Part shown: positions 1 through 6,961 of the stretch, in pieces
How positions within the stretch are numbered: position 1 is the first letter of the stretch
Layout: every line of letters begins with the position of its first letter
Source: an uncultured Acidobacteriaceae bacterium
GTDB lineage: Bacteria > Acidobacteriota > Terriglobia > Terriglobales > Acidobacteriaceae
NCBI GenBank assembly: GCA_963812855.1
Contig: CAWEWW010000011.1
Location: 196,028-220,027, forward strand
Direction of reading: 5' to 3'
Length of the DNA: 24,000 nucleotides
Program-made: the position numbers and the translations under genes
The notes under the pieces: generated by a model
The model's input: only the letters and a program-made list of their open reading frames with translations
Told to the model about the DNA's origin: nothing
Databases searched by the model: none

Positions 1-681
1 TCCCTCCAAATTCTGCGGCGCTCGAAAAACGATGCCGTGCTCGCCCGCTTTTTGGCGTCCAGCCGGCCGGCCCGCTCGGCTTCTCTCTCCTGCGAATGAG
101 CGTTCCAGGCGGCTTTCAACTCGTCGGTGCGCATCGCCCGCTCCTCCATCCGCTCCCCTTCCAGTTGCTCCAGCAGCCGCAGGTGATTGACCACCATGCC
201 GACCAGCGAACTGGTCGTCCAGGCAAAAGTGAACAGGCCGGAGATAGCGATGATAGGACTAATAATGTGCCAGTTCGGCCCGAGATCCACCGTACCGTAA
301 CCGAGGGTGGTATAGGCATTAGCGCAGAAGTAAAGCGAGTCGGCCGGGCGCAGAATCAGGCCCATGTGGACCAGCGCGAAGGCCCAGGTGGCAGATCTCG
401 AACAGGTGCAGGCCCATCATCAGAAAAACCGACCAGGCGAAGAGAAATTCGGCGCTCCACACATGGGGGCGGCCGAGGCGCAGGCGCGCTTCGCCACGCC
501 TGTTGATCACCAGAACGCGATGCAGGCTGACGCCGTGAAACAGCACCAGAACAACCAGTATCAGCGAACCGATGCCGAGCGCTGCCAGGGGCTTGAATTC
601 GTCAGGAATCTTGAGCAATAGCGACGAAAGACTGGGCACGGGTTTTCCTCGGTTATCCTTCCAGCGCTGCGACGATAACAC
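1..681 (-). pseudogene. Potassium-channel family membrane protein (pore loop with TTLGYG filter). The reading frame is interrupted once and the 3' end runs off the window
   Basis: ORF 319..681 (-) gives an N-terminal part with hydrophobic helices (LAALGIGSLILVVLVLF, FLFAWSVFLMMGLHLF) and then turns into nonsense. My translation of the neighbouring minus frame is open from about 416 to position 2. It reads ..FALVHMGLILRPADSLYFCANAYTTLGYGTVDLGPNWHIISPIIAISGLFTFAWTTSSLVGMVVNHLRLLEQLEGE.., which is a pore helix, K+ selectivity filter and inner helix. That frame is closed upstream by TGA TGA (417-422), so the halves can only be joined by a frame change between about 383 and 416. Confidence 0.7.
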
Positions 682-821
682 TTCCTGCGCTAGGCTTCGA
701 TTCCCAGACCGCTTGTATCATCGTCCCGCTAAGAAAAATACTCGAATCTGTGATTTTTTTCCTCTGGCTGCGAATAACAGGATGAAGCGAAATTGCACGG
801 CAGCTGCCGCAAAGGAATCCG

Positions 822-1328
822 ATGACCACGCCCGCACTCCAGGATCGATTCCAGGCCCTGGTCGATGAGCATAAGAAGATCCTCTACAAGGTCTGCAACC
901 TGTATTGCAGAAATCGCGACGACCGGGATGACCTTGCCCAGGAGATCGTGGTCCAGCTCTGGCGATCGTTTGCATCCTTCGACGGGCGTTGTCAATTCTC
1001 GACCTGGATGTATCGCATTGCCTTGAACGTCGCCATTTCGTTTTACCGCCGCGAGAGCACCCGCGCCCGGCACCTGATTTCGGATAGCGAGCGCCTGCTG
1101 AACGCGGTCGACGAAACCGCGACGCAATCCGAAGAATTACAACTGCTGTATCAATTCATCGCCGGGCTGGACCCGCTGAACAAAGCCCTGGTTTTGCTCT
1201 ATCTGGACGGAAACAGCTATCAGGAAATCGCAAACGTGCTGGGTATCAGCGAAACCAATGTCGCCACCAAGATCAGCCGCTTAAAGAACACCATGAAACA
1301 GGAATCCAGCTCACCCACACAGGCTTGA
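822..1328 (+). CDS. RNA polymerase sigma-70 factor, ECF subfamily (168 aa)
   Basis: Region-2-like DLAQEIVVQLWRSFASFDGRCQFSTWMYRIALNVAISFYRR. Region-4 HTH LVLLYLDGNSYQEIANVLGISETNVATKISRLKNTM. AAGGA at 812-816 lies 5 nt before ATG 822. Confidence 0.92.
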   Translation: MTTPALQDRFQALVDEHKKILYKVCNLYCRNRDDRDDLAQEIVVQLWRSFASFDGRCQFSTWMYRIALNVAISFYRRESTRARHLISDSERLLNAVDETATQSEELQLLYQFIAGLDPLNKALVLLYLDGNSYQEIANVLGISETNVATKISRLKNTMKQESSSPTQA

Positions 1329-1342
1329 GCCAGGAGCACACC

Positions 1343-2014
1343 ATGATCGAACTGGACGAATTCAAACAGAAGTGGGCGGAACTGGACCGTAAGCTCGACG
1401 TCAATATCCGTCTGAACCGCCAGCTGCTGAATGCCACCAAGCTGAACCAGACGCGGTCGTCGCTGAAACGCGTGGCCGCGTATCTAGGAGTCGAACTAGC
1501 GATGTGGGTGGTCATCATTGGCGCGCTGGGGAACTTTATCTACCATCACCTTTCGCGGCCGCAGTTTGTCGTGTCCGCAATTGCGCTGGATCTGTACTCG
1601 ATCGGCATGGTGATTCTGCTAGGACGCCAGATTGCCGCGGCGCTGCAAATCGATTATGGCAAGTCCATCGCCACCATCCAACGGCAGATTGAAGCTCTGC
1701 GCGTGCTCCGCATCCGGAACACGCAATGGGCAGTGCTGGTGGGAGTCGTGGTCTGGGTAGCCTTCCTGATTGTCATCTTCCAGGCACTTTTCGGCGTGGA
1801 CATCTATCAGCCAGCCTGGGTGTGGAGCAACGTCGCGTTCGGACTGGCCCTTATCCCTCTCTGTATCTGGGTATCGAGGAAATTCGGGGATCGCATGGAC
1901 CGTTCCCCGTTTCTGCAGGCGATCATGCGCAGCCTTGCCGGCTACAACCTGAATGCGGCCGCCGACTTTCTGGCGACGCTAAAGCGATTCGAGGAAGAAA
2001 GCCCCGCCCGTTAG
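1343..2014 (+). CDS. Four-TM membrane protein co-transcribed with the ECF sigma factor (candidate non-canonical anti-sigma factor)
   Basis: AGGAG at 1332-1336 lies 6 nt upstream of ATG 1343, which is 15 nt after the sigma stop (1326-1328). The track ORF starts at a TTG at 1325 in the same frame. The protein has a helical cytoplasmic N-terminus (MIELDEFKQKWAELDRKLDVNIRLNRQLL) followed by four hydrophobic segments. No HxxxCxxC zinc anti-sigma motif is present. Confidence 0.6.
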   Translation: MIELDEFKQKWAELDRKLDVNIRLNRQLLNATKLNQTRSSLKRVAAYLGVELAMWVVIIGALGNFIYHHLSRPQFVVSAIALDLYSIGMVILLGRQIAAALQIDYGKSIATIQRQIEALRVLRIRNTQWAVLVGVVVWVAFLIVIFQALFGVDIYQPAWVWSNVAFGLALIPLCIWVSRKFGDRMDRSPFLQAIMRSLAGYNLNAAADFLATLKRFEEESPAR

Positions 2015-2044
2015 GTTGGGTGAGTTACGGACTCGCCTAAGATG

Positions 2045-2085
2045 TTTGTCATCCCGACCGGAGCGAAGCGCAGAGAGGGATCTGC
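2045..2085. repeat. REP-like palindromic intergenic repeat, copy A (TTTGTCATCCCGA...GGGATCTGC)
   Basis: tttgtcatcccga at 2045-2057 and gggatctgc at 2077-2085 are both shared verbatim with the element at 6756-6795. The ATCCC/GGGAT ends are inverted. It lies between convergent genes. Confidence 0.6.
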
Positions 2086-2243
2086 GGGTCCTCGTCGATT
2101 CAGTGAAGGGGAAGCTCCCGTCGAGCCCCATTCGACCACTCCACCAAGGAATGAGGAAACTCATGCTGGAGAAATCGTTTCGCAAATTTCTGGCTGTGGC
2201 CGCCGTCTGTCTGCTGACCAGTCAAGTCATGGTAAGCAGCCAT

Positions 2244-3215
2244 CTAGATCTCAAAATGATGCTGAAACGTCTCGATCAGCAACTTATCGCTGCGTCGCCG
2301 CACTATCGCAGCTACCGACTGCTTTATGCTTTCATTTGCCTTGTAAATCGCCAGCGCTGCGACCACATCGGAGGCAGTCTGTGAGCTGGTGGTTTCCACT
2401 AGCGAGCGCAGGAAATCGATCGACTCCTCCAATCGCGAGGCGGCCATTGCCGCCAGCAGGAGTTTGCGCGACGAGCGGCTCACCGTCCGCTCCCACTTTT
2501 CCTTGAGCACCTCGAACGCCGCCGGCAGGCGCGATTCTCCCAACGCCCAGATGGCTGCTTCGGCAGTAGCTTGGTCATCGTCATCGACATATTTCGCCAC
2601 GAAACTCAGCGACTGCTCCGGAGCGGCTGCAATAAGCCCGGCAAAACACTCGCCCAGGACCTCGGGCTCCTCATCGCCGGTCAGAACCTTTAAGCGAAGC
2701 AGCAATGCGCCCGCGTCGCCGCCATTGGAAGCCAAAGCACGAACCGCACCCAGTCTAGCGGGAGGTTCGGGATCGACAAGGAGTTGCACCACCTCGGCCA
2801 GCGCATAAGCATAGCGAGTTCGGACCAATCCTTGCGCGCACATCCCTCGCAGCGCAGCTGCGGTATCGACCGGAGGACCGAACGAAGCTTCTCGCTGGAT
2901 ATGCTTCAGACCTTGCAGATAGATTTCGGGCTCGCGGTAGTCCATCTCGTACAACGCGCCCGTGATTTCGGTGACCGCCGCGCAACGCTTGTCGAGCTGC
3001 GGCGGATTCTTCATGAACCGGTGAAATGCCGTCACCAGATCGGGCACAAGTTCCGAAAGTCGCAACTCACCCGCAATTTTTGCGGCCTTCGCGACAATCA
3101 GATTCGACCGATTGGCAAGGTAGGTGCGGAGTTCTTTGGTGGCAAGCTCGGTAGAAGCTGTGCGCAATCCACTTAGCCGGTTCAACGCAGTTTCAATGGG
3201 ATCGGATTTCTTCAT
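2244..3215 (-). CDS. Alpha-helical repeat protein (HEAT/PBS-lyase-like repeats), function unknown
   Basis: 323-aa ORF with ATG at 3215. The sequence is A/L-rich with repeated helical units, for example ARLGAVRALASNGGDAGALLLRLKVLTGDEEPEVLGECFAGLIAAAPE and ATAEAAIWALGESRLPAAFEVLKEKW. The family assignment is by eye only. Confidence 0.55.
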   Translation of the reverse strand: MKKSDPIETALNRLSGLRTASTELATKELRTYLANRSNLIVAKAAKIAGELRLSELVPDLVTAFHRFMKNPPQLDKRCAAVTEITGALYEMDYREPEIYLQGLKHIQREASFGPPVDTAAALRGMCAQGLVRTRYAYALAEVVQLLVDPEPPARLGAVRALASNGGDAGALLLRLKVLTGDEEPEVLGECFAGLIAAAPEQSLSFVAKYVDDDDQATAEAAIWALGESRLPAAFEVLKEKWERTVSRSSRKLLLAAMAASRLEESIDFLRSLVETTSSQTASDVVAALAIYKANESIKQSVAAIVRRRSDKLLIETFQHHFEI

Positions 3216-3406
3216 GGGCTACCTGGTTGACGCGTTGCGCGGGCCGTGGTCGGTCATTAACCACTGGATAAGTTTTTTATCCCGAAGGAAGCGAAGACGG
3301 CCTCCCCGCCGAGAGCCGTTTTTGCGCTTGGCGGGGTGTTGGAGCGGAGCGGAGGGACCTGCGGTTTCCCGCGTCGCCAACATGCTCCACGCCCACCGTC
3401 TTCCCG

Positions 3407-4975
3407 TCAAAATACCGGTGCGGCGGCAGCGATTTCCTTGCGGAACCGGCGCGCATCCGGCGAAAACAGTATCGCCGCTACCGCCAGCACTCCTAGCGCA
3501 ATTCCGAAACTTACCCGCAATGCCGGCGCGCCCTTCATCCAGTACAGAATTCCGCCCATGGCGATCGCAGGGAGCACATACACTGCAGACTTTAGAGTCA
3601 ATGGACTTCTGCCCGCAAAGATCCAGAAGGCGGCCCAGGCGCAGCCCAGAAACAGCAATTCCGTCAGCGCGGTGGCAAATCCTGCTGCCGTGAAGTTGTA
3701 ATGACGCAAAGCTACTAGATTGATAGCAGCATTGACCACCAAGGCCGCCGTGCCAATCGCCAGCAACACCTTTTCTTTGCCGGCGGCAAGCAAGGCCCCA
3801 GTCAGTACCGTGGTGACACACACTTGTCCCAGACCGACCGCCAGCCAGCGAAATGCGTTCACGCAGGAGAGCGCGCCCTCCAGATAGCGACCCCGATAGA
3901 GCACCTGGACCAAATCCGGGGCCAGCAGCGTACCGCCTACCAGCCCGCACGCGCCGATGCCCAAGGCCAGACCACTCGCGCCGCGCACTTGACGCACGAA
4001 CCGCTCTTTATCTTGGGCCGAGCCGGTCAGTACAGGAATCATCGGCACCATCAACAACCAGGGCAAAAGCAACAAGGGATTGATCGGACGGAAGGCAGCA
4101 GCATAGGCGCCCAACTCCTGCTGGCCGCGCAACGCGTAGACGAAGAAGACATCGCAATTGAAATAGACGGTATAGATCAGACTGGCAAGTCCGAAGATTA
4201 ACGCCGGGCCGGCGAACTCTCTCAGCTTGCGTTCGCGAAAGCCGGGCCGGGGACGATAACCCAACAGGTGCCACGCCAGCGGTAGGGTAAACAGCAAGAT
4301 CACGGCTTCGCGGGCAACCAGGAGCCAGGCGAACTCTGGTCCGGCGACGGCGAGTCGCTTCAGCACCATGCTTCCGCCCAACACCAGCAATCCCCCGAGA
4401 ATGTTCAGCAGCGCCGGTCCTCCCTGCGCCTGACGCACCTGGAAGACAGGATCGAGCGCGGCGGGCTCGGTGAACAAGAGGACAATACCCACTCCGAGCA
4501 GAACGAAACGCTGGCTTTCGTCCTTCTGCATCAGCGCGAAAATAATCAGCCCGATCGCCAGAACCACACCCGCCGCGCGGCGATAGGCCATCAGGCCTTC
4601 CAGAATCGGCCGCTCGCGTTCAGCATCGCGTGTCGTTTCCCGGGCGGCAACGTTGCTCAGGCCCAAGTCCAGGAATTTTCGCGCAAGAATAAAAATGCTG
4701 CCGACCAGCGAGAAGAACCCGAATGCCGCGGGCGATAGCTCGCGTGCCAGGTAAATCGTGATCAGCAGCGCGATCGCAAGTTGCGCAAACGCGCTGCCCA
4801 GCAGCACTACCTGAGCTACGTTGGGGCTGCGGCGGGTTGGGATGACAATCCGGTAACCCGGATCCGACACGGATTGCGATATTCGGTTGAACCGCGACGG
4901 CGTTCTCGAAGGGACCGACATCATACAGGAATCACTTGTCTTCGTCATGAAGCACTCGCGAGATGCCGCGCCCAT
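3407..4975 (-). CDS. Polysaccharide biosynthesis flippase (Wzx / MOP superfamily)
   Basis: Long polytopic ORF with more than 10 hydrophobic segments. The N-terminal pattern LARELSPAAFGFFSLVGSIFILARKFLDLGLSNVAARE is typical of oligosaccharide flippases. The true start is uncertain (ATGs at 4975, 4948, 4924 and 4921; no clear SD). Confidence 0.75.
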   Translation of the reverse strand: MGAASRECFMTKTSDSCMMSVPSRTPSRFNRISQSVSDPGYRIVIPTRRSPNVAQVVLLGSAFAQLAIALLITIYLARELSPAAFGFFSLVGSIFILARKFLDLGLSNVAARETTRDAERERPILEGLMAYRRAAGVVLAIGLIIFALMQKDESQRFVLLGVGIVLLFTEPAALDPVFQVRQAQGGPALLNILGGLLVLGGSMVLKRLAVAGPEFAWLLVAREAVILLFTLPLAWHLLGYRPRPGFRERKLREFAGPALIFGLASLIYTVYFNCDVFFVYALRGQQELGAYAAAFRPINPLLLLPWLLMVPMIPVLTGSAQDKERFVRQVRGASGLALGIGACGLVGGTLLAPDLVQVLYRGRYLEGALSCVNAFRWLAVGLGQVCVTTVLTGALLAAGKEKVLLAIGTAALVVNAAINLVALRHYNFTAAGFATALTELLFLGCAWAAFWIFAGRSPLTLKSAVYVLPAIAMGGILYWMKGAPALRVSFGIALGVLAVAAILFSPDARRFRKEIAAAAPVF

Positions 4976-5098
4976 TCTTCTCGAAAGGTCAGGATACGAA
5001 TCGTCGAGAGAAAAATATCACAGAGCTCGAATGCGACTGCATTGTCGCCCGAAACTCCCTGCGTTTGCGTTACCATCCTAAGACGGCTTCATTCGCGT

Positions 5099-6619
5099 AT
5101 GATCTTCCCACGATCCAGCGGCATCCTCTTGCATCCTACTTCCCTGCCCGGGCCTTATGGCATCGGCGAGCTGGGCGCCCAGGCACACGACTTCGCAGAC
5201 TTCCTGCACGAATCCGGCCAGCATCTCTGGCAAGTCCTGCCGCTGGGCCCCACCGGCTATGGCGACTCGCCCTACCAATGCTTTTCGGCCTTTGCCGGAA
5301 ATCCGTTGCTGATCAGCATCGATCGCCTGGTCGAGCGCGGCTATCTCGACGCTCGCGATCTCAAAGACCAGCCTCACTTCCCCACGGACGAAGTCGACTT
5401 CGGTGCGGTCATTGCCTGGAAGCTGCCGCTGTTGCGCAAGGCATTTGCGGCGTTCACCCAGCGTGGCAGCGGAGATCGCGCGGAGTTCGATGCGTTTTGC
5501 CAGCGGCATTCTTCCTGGCTCGACGAGTTTGCGCTGTTCCTTGCCTTGAAAGATGCTCACGACTTGCTGAACTGGACGGAATGGGAGCCTGCGCTGTCGC
5601 TGCGCGAGCCCGCGGCGCTGGAACGGGCGCGTAACGAATTGCGCGACCCGATCGAGTGCAACAAGTTTATCCAGTTTGAATTCGAACGCCAGTGGTGCGA
5701 TCTGAAGGCCCACTGCACCCGCAACGACATTCGCATCCTGGGCGATCTGCCGATTTACGTGGCCTTCGATAGCGCCGATGTCTGGGCCAATCGGCAATTG
5801 TTCGAACTGGATGAGCAGGGGCGGCCGCGAGTCGTCTCCGGCGTACCGCCCGACTACTTCAGCGCCACCGGACAGCTCTGGGGCAACCCGATTTATTGCT
5901 GGGACGAGCACGCCCGGAGCGGCTATGCCTGGTGGATCGCCCGCTTCCGGCGCGCGCTGGAGATGCTGGACATGATTCGCCTCGACCACTTTCGCGGCTT
6001 CGAGGCTTACTACGAAATTCCTGTGGGCGAAGTGACCGCTGTCAACGGCGCCTGGGTGAAGGGTCCGGGAGCGGTGTTCTTCGAGGCGCTGAAGGAAGCG
6101 CTCGGCACCTTGCCAATCGTTGCCGAAAATCTGGGTGTCATCACCCCGCCGGTGGAGGAATTACGCCGGCAGTTTGGATTCCCGGGCATGGCGATTCTGC
6201 AGTTCGCCTTCGGCAACGATCCGCAAGCCCCCAACTTCAAGCCGCATAACTATCACCATCCGCTGGTGGCCTACACCGGCACGCACGACAACGACACCGT
6301 GGTCGGCTGGTGGAACAGCAAGCCGGGTACGGGCAGCATTCGCACGGCGGACGAGGTAGAAAAGGAACTGGACTATGCGCGCCGCTACCTTAACACCGAC
6401 GGCAGCGACATCCACTGGGTCATGATTCGCACCTTGATGGCGTCGGTGGCCGATACCGTTCTGTTTCCCCTGCAGGATGTGTTGGGCGTGGGCAGCGAGG
6501 GCAGAATGAATCTGCCGGGAAGCTCGTCGGGAAATTGGCGCTGGCGCTTCCGCGAAGAAAAGCTGACGCCGGCGATCAGCACGCGCTTGAAAGAGTGGGC
6601 GGAAACCTACGAGCGGTAG
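5099..6619 (+). CDS. malQ: 4-alpha-glucanotransferase (amylomaltase, GH77)
   Basis: Hallmark GH77 blocks are present: SSGILLHPTSLPGPYGIGELG, GDSPYQCFSAFAGNPLLI, MIRLDHFRGF, IVAENLG and YTGTHDNDT. I chose ATG 5099 (MIFPRSSGILLHP) because the 106-codon upstream extension of the track ORF is Arg-rich junk that overlaps the divergent gene. Confidence 0.95.
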   Translation: MIFPRSSGILLHPTSLPGPYGIGELGAQAHDFADFLHESGQHLWQVLPLGPTGYGDSPYQCFSAFAGNPLLISIDRLVERGYLDARDLKDQPHFPTDEVDFGAVIAWKLPLLRKAFAAFTQRGSGDRAEFDAFCQRHSSWLDEFALFLALKDAHDLLNWTEWEPALSLREPAALERARNELRDPIECNKFIQFEFERQWCDLKAHCTRNDIRILGDLPIYVAFDSADVWANRQLFELDEQGRPRVVSGVPPDYFSATGQLWGNPIYCWDEHARSGYAWWIARFRRALEMLDMIRLDHFRGFEAYYEIPVGEVTAVNGAWVKGPGAVFFEALKEALGTLPIVAENLGVITPPVEELRRQFGFPGMAILQFAFGNDPQAPNFKPHNYHHPLVAYTGTHDNDTVVGWWNSKPGTGSIRTADEVEKELDYARRYLNTDGSDIHWVMIRTLMASVADTVLFPLQDVLGVGSEGRMNLPGSSSGNWRWRFREEKLTPAISTRLKEWAETYER

Positions 6620-6678
6620 CTGAATAAGATCCATGCCTTCACGTGGCCGAGGCCGCGAAAGCGAGTCGAGACGGCTTG

Positions 6679-6820
6679 ACAGTTTGCTGAAAAAGTCGGC
6701 CTAAGACGATTTTGAAGGGGCGTAGCTTTAGCTACGCCGTAGCAAGCCCTTTATATTTGTCATCCCGAACCGACTTTAGTCGGTTCGGGATCTGCTTTTC
6801 CGACTTTTTCAGCAAACTGT
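6679..6820. repeat. Compound nested palindromic element: a 21-bp perfect terminal inverted repeat enclosing two perfect hairpins with TTTA loops
   Basis: acagtttgctgaaaaagtcgg (6679-6699) is the exact reverse complement of ccgactttttcagcaaactgt (6800-6820). Inside it, ggcgtagc-ttta-gctacgcc occupies 6719-6738 and atcccgaaccgac-ttta-gtcggttcgggat occupies 6762-6791. The second hairpin carries REP copy B (6756-6795). Confidence 0.85.
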
Positions 6821-6857
6821 TGAGCCAGCCTACGGAATCTGCGGCTCCAACTTGTCG

Positions 6858-6905
6858 GTAAATGGGGTAGTGGTGCAATTCAAACTGCACCACTACCGTA
6901 AATGG
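6858..6905. repeat. 32-bp perfect hairpin (12-bp stem, 8-nt loop) flanked by an 8-bp direct repeat GTAAATGG. Candidate operator or miniature insertion upstream of the MBL gene
   Basis: ggtagtggtgca (6866-6877) pairs with tgcaccactacc (6886-6897). gtaaatgg occurs at 6858-6865 and again at 6898-6905, abutting both sides. The element ends 57 nt upstream of ATG 6962. Confidence 0.8.
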
Positions 6906-6961
6906 TTATGTTTAGCTAATTCCCGGGCACTTCGATATCATGGTGCGCGGACTGGAGGCTT

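Noticed and set aside
682-821. ECF-type autoregulatory promoter (GAAC-N16-17-CGT) upstream of the sigma gene
   Set aside because: There is no convincing match. Only a weak GAATAAC...GCAC arrangement is present.
2163-2384. Small plus-strand ORF with a good SD (GAGGA 2153-2157) and a signal-peptide-like start MLEKSFRKFLAVAAVCLLTSQVM
   Set aside because: About 140 nt of it run antisense through the 3' end of the HEAT-like gene, and the distal part has no recognisable features. It is possibly a remnant of a truncated secreted-protein gene, but I cannot support it as a feature.
3300-3340. CCCCGCC...GGCGGGG inverted repeat between the flippase and HEAT-like genes as a terminator
   Set aside because: It has a 7-bp stem but a 19-nt loop and no following U-run, which is too weak to call.
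3219-3950. 243-aa minus-strand ORF overlapping the flippase 3' region and the downstream intergenic region
   Set aside because: It is out of frame with the clearly polytopic flippase ORF. It is Gly/Arg/Cys-rich and lacks a plausible start context.
4781-5098. 106-codon N-terminal extension of the malQ ORF
   Set aside because: The extension is Arg-rich, overlaps the divergent flippase start region, and GH77 homology begins right at MIFPRSSGILLHP (ATG 5099).
5078-5989. 303-aa minus-strand ORF
   Set aside because: It is antisense to malQ, which carries the full GH77 motif set. It shows no motifs of its own and is a typical GC-rich shadow ORF.
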